Source: Cirrosporium novae-zelandiae (Eukaryota). Taken from it: a stretch of 64,000 bases of DNA. Below, piece after piece: positions 10,584 to 23,725 of this stretch. Under the pieces are notes generated by a model. The model was not told the origin of the DNA. It did not search any database and worked only from the letters and a program-made list of their open reading frames with translations. Every line of letters begins with the position of its first letter. Position 1 is the first letter of the stretch. The stretch spans positions 310,001 through 374,000 of the forward strand of contig JAPETS010000017.1 of assembly GCA_026023565.1 (NCBI GenBank). Direction: 5' to 3'. The position numbers and the translations under genes are program-made.

Positions 10584-12374
10584 ATGCCGCGCGATCCTCT
10601 GATAGGACTTGTTGGAAAGCCATCATCTGGCAAATCTACAACTTTGAACAGGTATGCGCTGCATTTATTTGCAATCTATCCGTAAATGCTGAGATTGTCC
10701 AGCTTGACCGATGCAAGCTCAAAAGTCGGCAAGTCCTAGCTTTGACAAAGACTCTGTTCGATATGCTAACAGGTGGTTTTAAGGAAATTTCCCGTAAGCA
10801 ACAGCTTTATTGAGTTTCGCGACTTTTCGGTGGCTCACCATTGCGACTCAGGTTTACGACCATCGACCCCCAACGAGCTATAGGATACCTACAAATTGAC
10901 TGTGCGTGCGCGCGATATAATGTCTCTGACAGATGCAAACCCAACTATGGCAGCTGCGTTGGGGGGCGAAGATCTGTACCCATCGAATTGCTCGACGTGG
11001 CCGGGCTAGTACCTGGAGCTCATGAGGGTAAAGGCTTGGGAAATAAATTTTTGAACGATCTTCGGCATGCTGATGCGCTTATACATGTGGTGGATGTCAG
11101 TGGTGCAACAGATGCTGAAGGTGAGATGGAAGTGGACTAGGGCTGGTCCCGAAGGGCTTTTACTTCTGTAATAAAGACTAAGGCGGTTGGTAGGGAAGGC
11201 AACTAGAGGCTACGATCCTTCGCAGGATATTGTGTGGCTCCGAGGGGAAATTGTACGATGGATACAGGGGAATCTAATGGAGAAATGGTAAGGATAACAT
11301 CTATGTACTGGTGCAGCATATACTCATATCCACAAGGGGTTCCATAAAACGGCGGCATAAGGCGATAAGTATGTTTAGGAGCCGATCAATCTTTGGTCTA
11401 TCTAACAGCTATAAAAGAAGCCACGGCAGTCGAAACACTGCAAGCGCAGTTTTCTGGTTATGGGGCTAATTCTAAACTTGTTGCACGATGCCTAGATTCT
11501 CTAAAGATAAAAGAGCCCCTAGAAGAGTGGTCCGACGAGACTGTTGAGAAAGTTGTCAATGCTTTTACGGACGAGAAGTTCCCTACGGTCATCGCTTTAA
11601 ACAAAATAGACCATCCAGATGCGGATAAGGTACTGTCCACCTATTTCGCGTTGCGACAAGCTAGCGCTGACGGGCCCAAATTCAGAATATTAGTAAAATA
11701 GCAAAGCAGCAAGATCCAAAGTCTATTGTCCTTTGTTCAGCAATTGCGGAAGTTTTCCTTCGCAGGCTTGCTAAACAGCATTATATTAAGTACACAGAAG
11801 GTAGTGAGTTTGTGGACACTCGAGAAGATTTGATAGAGATGGGGGATCCTGATGGAGGGGGTTTAAAACCTATGGACGACAAGCTAAAAACGTATGTCAT
11901 TACTGTATCTTTTTGGGTGGAAATCCTAATAATATTTAGTCGAGTCGAGAACTTGAAGGACATGGTTCTATATCGATTTGGTTCCACAGGTGTTGTTCAG
12001 GTTTTATCGCGAGCAGCAGAACTGTTGGGACTAGTCCCAGTCTTTCCAGTAAAGAATATTCACAACTTTTCATCGGGAGCCGCGGGTTCGAATGCTGTGT
12101 TCCGAGATTGTGTGCTCGTCAAAAAGTAAGGCCTCTTACAGTAACTAATGTTTATATATTGACTAGGGAATAGGAACAGCACAGTGACTGAGGTGGCTAG
12201 AAAGGTTATGGGGGATGCTCCAATTGCATACGTAGAAGGGACCGGAGGCACTCGAGTAGCAGAAGATGAAATGGTTTCAGTGGGAAAAAATGATGTGAGC
12301 TTCGACATTGAATGTAAACGGTTTGAAACGGTGTTAACATACGACAGGTATTATCCTTTAAGATTGGTAGATAG
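10584..12374 (+). CDS. Obg-family GTP-binding protein (YGR210C-like), about 10 introns
   Basis: [19 protein letters not shown] (G1), GNFPFTTIDP (G2, split over a micro-exon), LLDVAGL (G3), [21 protein letters not shown] (G4). Ends VLSFKIGR*. Confidence 0.9.
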
Positions 12375-13219
12375 ACCTATTACTCGACAGACTAGACATA
12401 ATACTTTTATATCCTCACTGATACTATACAAAATAATTACTGAAAGGAGCAATTCTATGAGGAGATATGCCGGATTCTCAATACCCCTTCTGCATTTCTG
12501 TCAGCTTTTGTTCTACTGAGCGTTTTCCGGTTGACACTCACTTGTCTCCTTTAATCATTTATTCCAATCACAGATCTGGGCGCTTTGGATGACATAGAAG
12601 GCGGAGGAGAAGCACTCCAGGTCCATCTGGCTGGTTGCATTATTTGTTAGCTATCCTCTGCTTTAGACCTCATTCCTAATTTTGAGGCACTTGACTGTAC
12701 ATCGAGTTCGTCGGTCCTGTTCGTTACATGATCCTCAGGCTTTTGGCTTTCAGGTGTACTCTGTAGAAGGCTCCGGCGGTAAAAGGATGACTTGTCCAGG
12801 CTAAGGAACGAAGGGAGTATGGGCGAGATGAAACACTTAGACGTTGTATGTTGAATTTCATGTTGCAATAGAGTAGCTGCTCATTAATTGAATATGTGTA
12901 TCTAAGTATCCAGAAATAGATACCGTACGTCAAGGCACTCTTAAAGGGCTTCTCGAAAACTCTTTGAAGATCACGATGACATCAAGAGAAGCACTCCGAG
13001 CCTACTTTTTAGTTTGTATCCACTTGAGAGAAATTAAGGTTATCGATAAGCGAGATCCATAATCCCCGACACAAAATTCTGGGAGCAACCAAAAGAGCCT
13101 GCCATCCACGACATCCTAGAAACCTGTGTTAATGTCAAAGAGTCCGCTGGTGTAACATCAACTTCATTTACATTAATTCAAGGTACAAAGTCATTAACTC
13201 TTTGTTATGCACCCCTAAA

Positions 13220-14976
13220 ATGAAACGTCAATACATATCCGTTGACGTCTTACCTGCGTGGGCAAAGTTGAATGACGTTGCTTTCCGTGGGGTTCAGGTG
13301 AAACAGCAATTGGTCCACCAGGGTATGGACAAAGGATCTGCAGTTGTTGCTGAGCGAGAGCTGCAAACCAGAGACGACTCGCTTTTAATGATAATTCCAA
13401 AAGAGATGATTTTATCACTGGATGCCGTTGTGGAATATGGAAAATCCGATAAGCATCTTCGTGAGGTCTTAGAAGCTATGGGAACGTTCGGTAGGGTATG
13501 GTACTTTTTCTATTGACTTGAGACTATTCATAAACTTCGTGGCTAGAATTCGGGTAGCGGTGTATGGAGGACCTCTATCATCCTATTCGGTTCATAGATG
13601 CATTTGATTTTTGGCCAAAGGCTGGTGGTGCTGCACGTGGCATTTCTAGGCGGTGTCTAAACAGTACCGATGTTGTTCTTCGGCCATGATTCTTGTTAGT
13701 TATCGTTGATCGGTTTGCACTTCGACTTATGCTGATACGTACCAGACAGCACGAGGGGCCATATTGATATTTCTGCTGATGCAGATCACCAATGCATGCC
13801 CAGACATCCCGGAGCGGATCGGGATCTCTAGGCCATGGACTGAATATATCAAATTCCTTCCTTCAAAGATACCCCTGCCTACGCTATGGGGGGATATGGA
13901 GCAAGACATGCTTACAGGAACTTCGCTTGCCATTGCTCTCCATGAAAAATTGAATAGCTTGATGAGTGAATATGAAATGTTGAAACAAGGTACAGTAAAT
14001 ATACCCTGGTGTAAAAAATATTGGTGGGACGAAGACACAGGTCTTTTATTATTCGACGACTGGAAACTTGTCGATGCAATGTACAGGTCGAGGGCTCTAG
14101 ACCTCCCCAGAACAGGTCACGCTATGGTACCCTGCATTGATATGGCGAATCATGCCTCTGGTGATGAAACCATCGCTTTATACGAAACAGATGATACCGG
14201 GGATGGTATCCTACTTCTTCGGGACGGAAAAACCCTACATAAAGATGATGAGGTTACGATCACGTACGTCAAATACATGGCTTATATGTTTTATTTGTGC
14301 AGAGATGTTGATAAGTAGCAGTTATGGAGATGACAAAGGTGCCTGTGAGATGGTATTCTCTTATGGTTTCATCGAAAGTGCAATGCAAACAGCCAAGGAA
14401 ATGTTCCTGGACCTTGATATCCCAGACGACGATCCCCTGAAAAGGGCCAAGAACGCAATCGCGGGAGCTCCACCAGGCTTTCGAGTCTTTGACTCTGGAG
14501 AATCGGTTGATTGGGAAGGCCCATTTGTTTGGCTAATTTGCGTGAATGAAGAAGATGGCCTTCAATTTGGCATTTTACAGAGTACTGATGGCGAACGAGA
14601 ACTAGAGGCAACCTGGAAAGGAGATAAACTTTCAGATTCCTTCCAGCTGAGAGACATGATCAGACAAGACTCTCGTTGGGATATCTTCAAACTCAGGGTC
14701 ATTGTGACATTGCAAGGCCGAGTAGAAAGCCAAATGGCCAGCATCAACGCTAGTGAGGAAGTTATTCAAACTGTACAACAACAGGCTGGTATCGACCATG
14801 TCGCGTGCGACATGGCACTCAAGCTAAGACAACTTGAATGGGATCTTCTCTCAAAGGCTTACCTGAAATTTGAGGTTCAGAAAAATGAACTACTTGAGTC
14901 AGAAACCGTGCGAGATTATCTTGCATGCTCGAACACAGAAGAATCGACCAGGCTTCTCGAAGAGGATTTTTCATAG
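13220..14976 (+). CDS. SET-domain protein lysine methyltransferase (Rubisco-LSMT/SETD3-like class)
   Basis: MKRQYIS...AWAKLN, then MYRSRAL, MVPCIDMANH, EVTITYGDDKGACEMVFSYGF. Introns 13496-13745 and ~14264-14321. Confidence 0.88.
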
Positions 14977-15063
14977 CGGGAAGATTGAAGCCTAGATTCC
15001 ATCTAGCTAGTAATGGTATGACGGGGAATGTATAAAGTACTGTAGAGTTGATGGAATTAGATG

Positions 15064-17229
15064 CTGGGGTAATTTAGCTTACAGGCCACGCAGGCCAAGG
15101 GCCTATTTCTCAACGCTTATCAAACCCCCGAGGATTTAAGCTTGTAGGTAGCTACCTAATTAGTTAGGATGCATTGTGGCCCTATATGATATAGTGGACA
15201 TCTAGATCATGGATGGCTTAAGCAGCTGGGGAAGACGGTGAAAGCCAATAATGTCGGTCTGTTTAGGTCTGTTCAGGTTTGTTCAAGTGTGCTTGTCGGG
15301 TCAGTCAGGTGATAGGAAACGGATGGTCACGGCTGAGTTACCCCAGACTTGAGGGATATTTAGGATGTCTACGGTGTACAAAAGTATGGGGTGGTTGAAA
15401 AAGAAAAAATGAAGTCAACGAACTATTAAGTTACCCCAGAGTGGGGAACCACATGGCAGTTACGGGCGGTATGGCATTTGGCATTTGGCATTATTGGCAG
15501 CAAGCTTTCCTTTTTGTCTGTGCTGGCAACGGGACCATGATGGATGGAATGGTTTACCAATTGTCACTAATGGATATTCTCATTCAGATTGGACCAGAGA
15601 TGATGGTAAGGTTATGTCGCATGGCGGATATTCTGGTAGCTAATTAGATGAATTCGATCACTCGACCCGTTTCAAACAGAAGCTTTTTACGAATTTACTC
15701 GCCCCTAACAGAGTAGTACTCTCTTTATGGGGTTAGAATGGACCAGAATGGATCAGAATGAATCAAACCGTTCCGGATATTTCCCGTGTGTTGACAACTT
15801 TGGTGTTGCTATGTTGCAAGCATTTGTTGGTTTGCCGTGGCCTGTCAGGCCTGTCGTGCCTGTGTAGTACATTTTGGCTACCTGGGTACTCGGGGCCATT
15901 TGGAGATCTTCGGTCAATCATACTGGGTCGGGGATTGTCATGCCCGATGGCTTGAATCGTCCTGGCTCGTTCAAACGTTATCAGCAACATCGTTGGGTTT
16001 TTCTTTTCTCGAGGCTGCATGAAGTTTCGGCTTGATGGATCGAGTCCCTGTTGTTTTTAACATGCTTTTCACCACCTTGGAGGTTGTCAAACCCAAAAAA
16101 GAGATGGCTGCCACGGTTGCCTCAGACTTTGACGACTGTTTTTTTTTCTCTTTTCTCTTTTGGTTCAGGGGTGGTGTGTGAAAGAGGGTGGGAAGATTTG
16201 GGAAGATTCAAAAAGGAAAAAAGGACTTCTACCAATGATAGATTCAACATTTAGCCCCTTTGATCATACCACTTTTTCTATTTCGAAGCCTTTTATCATT
16301 TGGAAGAACTGAAAGAACTGGAAGAACTGGAAGGCTCCGGAGCTTTCAGAGCTTCATGTAAAGGCGGTTTGTACAGTGACTACAGCTACCCCGCAATTGC
16401 GGTTGTTAACGGGATAGGTTTTAGTTAAGTAGAAGATGACCAGCATGACCAGCATGACCAACATGACCAACTCCAAGCCCCATATTGTGATATTGTGATT
16501 GTGCCCACTAACCCACTACCTTAAAGGAAAAGAGATACCTAGCCACAAATCATTTGGCCAAGACGTCGGGAGAAAACTTTGATCCTTCGTCTTGAGGGAA
16601 AATCCTTCCATCATCATCATCTATGGACCATGACGGATCGTGGTCGTCATCCTTTTCGCCATGATTAGTTATAACTTATATATATAAAAATAAATACATC
16701 ACTTTGGTTGGATAAGACGGTGTGAAAGAAAAGAAAAAAAAAATTAAAGATAAACCCTTAAATTTGAGATTCAAAGATTCTTTTTTTTTATTTAGATGAT
16801 ACAGTACAAAACAAATACCACGATGGAGATTATTGTGGGTTCTTCCCCAGACTTTCTGCCCCTCAAAAGATTGTTAGCTGAAGAGGACCCTCTCTTGGTC
16901 TTTCTCTATCTTTGCTCTCGTCTTTGTTTTATCTGGGGGCGCTTACTACAATGGTGTTGTGGTTGGACGTGGGTTAGCCGAGTAAGGAAAAAGGATTCGT
17001 TGACTGGAGTTGTGGCCATTATCCCCAATTCCGGATTTCTCCTTTAGCGCCAACAGACGCACTCAATCGACCATCTTAGCCCTCATTAGTTTCCTTAAGT
17101 CTCTTTAGTCCTCTTTAGTCTCCTTAGTCTCCTTAGTCTCCTTAGTACCCCTTAGTCCCCATTAGTCACTTCTCCCTCCCTGGACTCAACCAAAATCCAA
17201 AGGCCTAAGTCCCCCCAGTCCCCCCCCAG
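15064..17229. promoter_or_regulatory. Cluster of CreA/Mig1-type SYGGRG sites upstream of facB
   Basis: CTGGGG/CCCCAG/GTGGGG/CCCCGC at 15064, 15226, 15341, 15434, 15441, 16389, 16845, 16933, 17213 and 17224, including the divergent pair CCCCAGAGTGGGG at 15434-15446. Confidence 0.45.
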
Positions 17230-17463
17230 TCCCCCCCCCCCATCTCCTCCATGAATTCATTAACCCACCAAATCCGCTGAACTCAGATTCAACTTTGAAT
17301 TCTTCTAATATCCCCTCCTTTTGCTCTCCTTGTTTTTTGGAACTTTGATCTTTTCTTGTTATAACAAATCTCCACTCTCCACTCCATCTTATTTTTATCT
17401 ACCTTCAGGCCCCTATTCCAACAAATTCAAACCAAAATTAATCCAAATCAAACAAAACAGAAC

Positions 17464-17464
<1 letters not shown>

Positions 17465-17511
<47 letters not shown>
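17465..17511 (+). repeat. Poly(A) homopolymer, ~47 nt
   Basis: Read directly; ~175 nt upstream of the facB ATG. Confidence 0.95.
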
Positions 17512-17512
<1 letters not shown>

Positions 17513-17685
17513 ACCACTCTCCACTCTCCACTCTGATCCTGTCAAATATATTCACATAATTGTATCGCTAGATACTTTGAACATAACCATATCCACCTTG
17601 AACACCATTGATCAATTCGGAAACTACCCGTGTCGTATATGCATCATCACCGATTTAATCCTGATACGGACCAGCACCCGCAACA

Positions 17686-20473
17686 ATGCCGGGAATACTC
17701 CCCATGAAGGTGATTAAAGTCGGAACAAGTAATCAAAGTCGCATTGCGCAAGCTTGTGACCGATGCAGAAGTAAGAAAATTCGATGTGATGGAATTCGCC
17801 CTTGCTGTTCTCAGTGTGCCAACGTCGGATTCGAATGCAAGACCAGCGATAAGTTAAGCCGACGAGCATTCCCAAGGGGCTATACAGAATCCTTAGAGGA
17901 CCGGGTACGAGGACTAGAGTCTGAAGTGAGGGAATTAAAGGCGTTGTTAGATGAAAAGGATGAAAAAATTGACCTACTATCCAAAATTCATGCTTTTACT
18001 CCCCCCGAACGAAGAGCTACTCTTTCACCTCACTCCACACATCGAAATACACCGTCACCACAAGAGGACTCATTCCAGGTCCAACAATCTCCATCTCTGG
18101 CCCCGGATTGTAAATCTGAGCCATGTTTTATTGGCGCATCTAGTGGCAGGGCCTTCGTCGGTATGTAATAGTTCACCCCCGATGGTCTGCCTTTGAAGGA
18201 TGCTGATTTCGCAGATGCTTTCAAATACAAATTAGAACAGAATGGAAAGTCTTGCTCTGACTTAACCGTAAATACCTTTTTCGCCTCCGAGAACCAGCAG
18301 GCAAACCGGGAGATGCATTCGTCTCCTGTTTCTCTCAAGACCCCTCCCCGGCTTCTTTCTGATCAGTTGGTCAACATCTTCTTCCAAGAATGGGCACCTT
18401 TGTTCCCAGTCCTACATCGGCCAACATTCCTAAAGCTCTACGAGGATTTCGTGAAGAGCCCCGAAGATCTTGAAGGCGATGTGCATGCTATCGCTCAACT
18501 CAACCTGGTGTTTGGCATTGCAGCCTTATCAAAAAATGTACGTGGTTCTCTCAATATGAAATGTGTACTGCATACTTACATCTGCATAGACCTGTAGCAA
18601 GGAAGATATTTTGCTCTTTGAAAAGCAATGGCATTCCGCTGTGAACGCGGCCAAGTCGGAGAAATCCCTTGCCACTTTACAGTGCCTCATTCTTGCTCAG
18701 ATATATTGTATCTGTAGCCACGACTATCATACACTCTTAGATTATAAGGGCTTGGCAGTTCTGCTTTGTCACCGCCTCGGTCTCAATCAAAGCCAGAAGC
18801 GCTTCCAACTTGGAGCGCTTACTAGGGAAACTCGGAAACGAGTATTCTGGGCTGGTTATACTATTGACCGGTAAGACTACTAAAAGTGCCCTTGTCGAAT
18901 TATTACTAATAGAATTAGATTTTCTGCTGCCGTTCTCGGAGTTCCGGTTTTATTGCGAGAGGACGACGTTCATACTGAATATCCAGCTGACATCGATGAT
19001 GAATGCGTCACTGAAAAGGGATTCCTGCCAACACTGCCCGGAGAATCGACGAAGCTCTCAAATGCTTTAGCTCTTTTCCGTGCTACGCGCATCTTGACAC
19101 ATGTGCTGGAGCAGAATTATCCAGCCTCGGTATCATATGAACTCTCTCTTCAGAGAATCATCTCGCTGAACGAAGAACTTGATACTTGGTTACAAGGACT
19201 GGCTCCACATCTGCGATTGGAGTTTGTCCAGGATAAACCCAGCACTAATGTTATTGGTAGCCGATCTCCTCTGCTGGTATGTTAAATTAAAAATCCAAAT
19301 AAGCATTGTCTAACTTGATAGCAGTCTCTTGCGTACTTCTATATACGCACTCTAATCCACCGACCAGCGCTTGGTTCTGGTCTTGGCTCGAAGGCTTCGC
19401 CTTCGCTCGTTGCTCTCGCTGATTCAAGTAAGCACATTATACAAATTGTACAGCTGCTTGAAGAACGACAAATGAGCTTTTCTTTCTGTCTCAACAAAAG
19501 TGAACTTCTTATGCTATCTGGATTCGGACTTCTATACCAAGGTCTTGAGCTCGACATGGAAGGCAAACTCATCAAAGATAACCAGCGTCTGGTCTGTTCT
19601 GTTATTGATATTCTCCAACGCGAGTCAGCACCCGGCGCCTCGGAATTCAAAAAAATGGCCTGCGCTCTAATATCCGTTGATCGTTCTACAAAAGGCCCAA
19701 AGGGCTCTTCACCACGCCGTTTGTCGAATGGATCTGTATCATCAGAACCGGCCGGTAGGTCGAACGATAAATCTACGCGCAAGCAGTTGCAGGCTATTGC
19801 TGCTCGCTTAACTGCGGGTGGCAAGTCCATCAAACAAGAAGATCACGACCGCCGTTCCACAGTTCCCAAGATCAGCACCGCTAACCTAATGCCGTTGGCG
19901 CGAAATAACAGCGTTGTTAGCATTTCCTCGGCACGGTCTGAGCCCGCCATTCCAGTTCAGCAAAAGCGTCCCATCCATCCGCCAAGGTTATCGCAAAGTC
20001 CAATTATACACACAGAAATGCCCAACCTGGACTATTACCCTTTGAATGACCAGAGCCCGTTGCCATCTTATCCCTCGACCAACTACGGCAAAACCGTACC
20101 AGCCGCAGATTGGGAGAAGCTCCTCGGTGTTCTTGACGGTGGGACGACAAATATCTACGACGGCATTTACGGCGGACCTTCCCCTGAAGTGATATCATCA
20201 TTCGCAACGCCTACGACATCTTTCCCCACCTCGACATATCAAGACTGCAACTTTGATACGTGGAGCCCGAAACACGAATTCAATTCTGGACAGTTGTATC
20301 CACCTGCGGCGCAAAGCGTGCTGAGCTTTTCTGATGAAAGCCTCACTAGCGGAGGTGAAGAGCTTAGCGTTAACAGCAGTGGCTCCGAGAGTGGATACAA
20401 GGGCATTATCATGCCTAATCTTGTTGATGATTTTGGGTTGGAACCCCTGGACGGATCTGGGTTTGGGTTGTAA
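17686..20473 (+). CDS. facB: Zn(II)2Cys6 acetate-utilisation activator FacB/Acu-15 (Cat8 orthologue)
   Basis: [13 protein letters not shown]...[51 protein letters not shown], plus the fungal TF middle region [26 protein letters not shown]. Four introns. Confidence 0.92.
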
Positions 20474-21199
20474 AAATTTACGTTCATGCGTTGTTCATGG
20501 AACGGAAGGAATGGAACGGGGGTCTTATTATTAGGTTTTTGGGAAATGCATGGCGTCGTTGGGCGTTCCAAGGAATGAATCGGAGTTCGACTGCCCGTCC
20601 CTCGGAGGGCTAAAAGGGCTATGAAGGTCAAGGAGAAGGGAGTTTTTTTTGTATCATGCTTTTTTTGGTTTTTGACTCTGAATGAAAAATCACTCTTTCA
20701 AGTCCTTTCCTGAGGTTCAAGCGTACGTACAGTACATGTAACGTTCGAACAACTTTTTGCGTCATTGGAGCTTCGTTACTATTTACTACTTTTTTTTTTT
20801 ACGAGTTGAGTGATATCCAGCCATGGTATTATGTATGGTCCTCCGACGGCAAAAAAAGCAAGTGGTTGGGGCTTGGCTTTAACTTCTCTCTCTCATCTCT
20901 TCGCTATCTTAACTTATCATTATATGTTGATGTTGATAGTGGTTGATAAAAAAAAGATTCACCGCATGTCCTTGTCCGTCTCCGAACCAAAACCAAAACC
21001 AAACCAAACCAGGAAAAAAAGTGTCACTTTTTTCTTTTTTCTTTACTCTAAATGCTCATGCTCATGTACTATTTTGTATGCTTGCTCTCTGTGATGCCTG
21101 GTCCCGAACTAAAGATAGAAACTTATAGACAAAACAAACCGTTAGTTATTTAGAAGAGAAGAATTTTAGAACTATGTGTTTATGTGTGTTCTGATAACC

Positions 21200-21268
21200 G
21201 TAGTGTAGTGTAGTGTAGTGTAGTGTAGTGTAGTGTAGTGTAGTGTAGTGTAGTGTAGTGTAGTGTAG
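21200..21268 (+). repeat. (GTAGT)n pentanucleotide microsatellite, ~14 units
   Basis: Read directly. Confidence 0.95.
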
Positions 21269-22391
21269 GCCCCCATCACCCATCACCGTCACCCATTTAT
21301 TATTCACCGTCACCCATCTATCCATCTTCTTCGACCTTTTTCATCAGCAAGTTACCAATTAGCAAAAAAAAAACCCCTACTTACTTACTTACATAAATCA
21401 TACATGGGTTGGTTTTTAAGCCCTCCCTCTCCCCCGGGGCCTTTTTTTTATTTTCACCAAGATCGAAATCAATCAAGTCAAGTTAGCTATCTAATTAATT
21501 AGGTGTTTAGCCAAAAAAAAAACAGATCGGAGACTAAGGGACTAAGAACGAAGGAATGATGTGTGATCTGAGTCGATCTCTTTGGCACTTTGGGACGGTA
21601 GGTAGGCGTGGCAGGCTAAGCAAGGTAGGCAAGGTAGGGCCCATAATAATAACAAAACAAAAAAACTTTGTGTTGGAGCTTGCTTACTTGCTTGAATTGA
21701 ATTGGAATTGAACGGTTGGGGGGGGGATCTGTGCTTTACGCTTTACCAACAAAACAGTAAACAGTAAACAGTACCATCTTTGGCTTGTTCAATTCATTCA
21801 TTCATTCGACCAAACCGAATCCGTCGAAACTCGAAGAGATTAGAACTAAACCTTGATTTCGAAATTGTGTGTCCATGCGTAAAAGGAGGTAAGTAAGGTA
21901 CATACACCACCCGTAAAGCAAACAGGGACATTGGTAGTTAAAATTAAATTTCAATGCTCATCAATCAATTAATCCAGATCGTGCGTGTCCAATAAAAGTC
22001 ATAGTATACTTACTTACCTATTTGCTTGTAGGCTAAGTAAGTAGGCTTGCTTCTCTGATGATGACTTGGGCAGCACGACTAAACTATACATAACAAAAAA
22101 GGAAAGGTATCATTCAGCACATATCAAGGTATCATCCATCCCATCACAAAAAAGCGGTATAAAAAGACCTTTGGTTTCTCAACCTGAGACCGCTCCCACC
22201 GGCCTTGGCTGAAAACGCCGTGCCTTACCGGACCCGCCAATATCCTTAAGAATATCATGTTTCATTTTCGTGTACTCTCCAATCTCCGTTATCCATCCTA
22301 GAAAAAAGATGAAAGAAGAAAACAGGAATGAATCATTATCACATTGCACAATGCCCCCAACGCCTGCGCTGAAACACAAAATGTCCATCTA

Positions 22392-23725
22392 CTACATCTC
22401 CATGGACTCAGCAATCTCTTCGCTCATATTTCTCACGCGGTTCCAACCGGGATTGGGCGATTGGCTTGTTTCGGACGCACCCAACATGTATAGATCTTCG
22501 GTACCCTCATCATCATCATCGCTAATAATGATAGGCCCATCTAGATCATTCACATTACCATCTTCGACGAGTTCATCACCACTCACATCTGTCAAAGCCA
22601 AGGCTGCATCTTCACCTAACCAGTAACGAGCTCTTTTGCTAGCACCTGCACTTGTACTACTGAGTAGATTCTGGCTTGCGACTCTCTTTTTGGGAGTAAG
22701 GGGCCCATCAGGTGTGGTAGGTGAATGACTCATAATACTTAAACCATGAAGGTAAAGATAACAGACACGCTTGCGCGTTTTGTTGAAGAAAAAATAGTTG
22801 TAGCTCCAGATTACACCCTCCTCTTCATCATAAGGATCTTCTTCTGGGGCATAGCGATAGATATCACACTCACGTAATGTCATCTCTTTATCGATTACGC
22901 GCCACATTCGAGGTCCCCAGACCTGCGTGCTGCCAGGTGTAGGTGGGCCAGCTGATTTGCTGGACCATTGAGGTGGCAGATTAAAAAAACTAGGCCTAGG
23001 TCGGAAATTGGTCACAGTTGTATTGAAAGTATTCATAACAGCCTTCAGACTTCTCTCACGATGGAAGTCAGTAGGTCGAAGGAGGTCAGAATAATCATAA
23101 TCTGGATGGCTGGCATTAAGGGTGGCGATCAAGTATGCAAACGTGCGACGACTAGAGATCTGGCTCAGTGGCCCAAAAGGGCTGGAACGTGACAAGTTCA
23201 AGGACGCTGCCGCAGAAGATGCAGCAGGAGGAGACAACGATGCGCATAGACGCAAGTGTGACTCGTACTGTGCCTCGAGAGAGTTCTCAATGTCCTTGTA
23301 TAATTTTTTATCACTCCCTGCGGCCTTTGTTGTATACAGATCACAACCTCCTCTAACGTGGCAATCGGCTGTATCGAAGTTGAGGGCCTCGGTGACATCA
23401 TCAAACTCGCGAAGAGGAAGGAACTAAAATACTCATTAGCAATGTAGCTTATACAGTTAGCCGATTGTCTCATCGAATGTCCCATATCAGGAAGACGTCA
23501 ATTTCCGTTTCAGTGATCATCTGCCACTTGAGTTTACACTGGACCAGGGCTAAATTTTGGTCGTCGACAAGAGGAGGCCGAATTAAGAGGCTTCTGCGCT
23601 TGCTCATCACGGATTTCCTGCTAACCAAGCCCTATGCCTAATATTTTTTATCTTTATAACTTGACAAGTCTGATATGGGAATTCGAGTGAAGATATCGGC
23701 CTGGGAGAGTATAGCGCACCTTCAT
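22392..23725 (-). CDS. MAF1: RNA polymerase III repressor Maf1
   Basis: 6-nt first exon ATGAAG (23725-23720), intron 23719-23424, then FLPLREFDDVTEALNF...GGCDLYTTKAAGSDKKLYK...PFGPLSQISSRRTFAYLIATLNASHPDYD...IWSYNYFFFNKTRKRVCY. Confidence 0.93.

Noticed and set aside
12400..13000. Possible small spliced minus-strand gene between the GTPase and SET genes
   Set aside because: Some splice-like signals are present, but no coherent frame or recognisable protein could be built.
16300..17240. Short direct repeats (GAAGAACTG, GACCAGCAT, TTAGTCTCC) as a CRISPR-like or mobile-element signature
   Set aside because: These are tandem slippage duplications without spacers or terminal repeats, common throughout this window's intergenic DNA.
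15400..17550. Short ORFs in the facB upstream region, including the poly-Lys ORF 17321-17536
   Set aside because: Low complexity with no motifs; the poly-K is an artefact of the A-tract.
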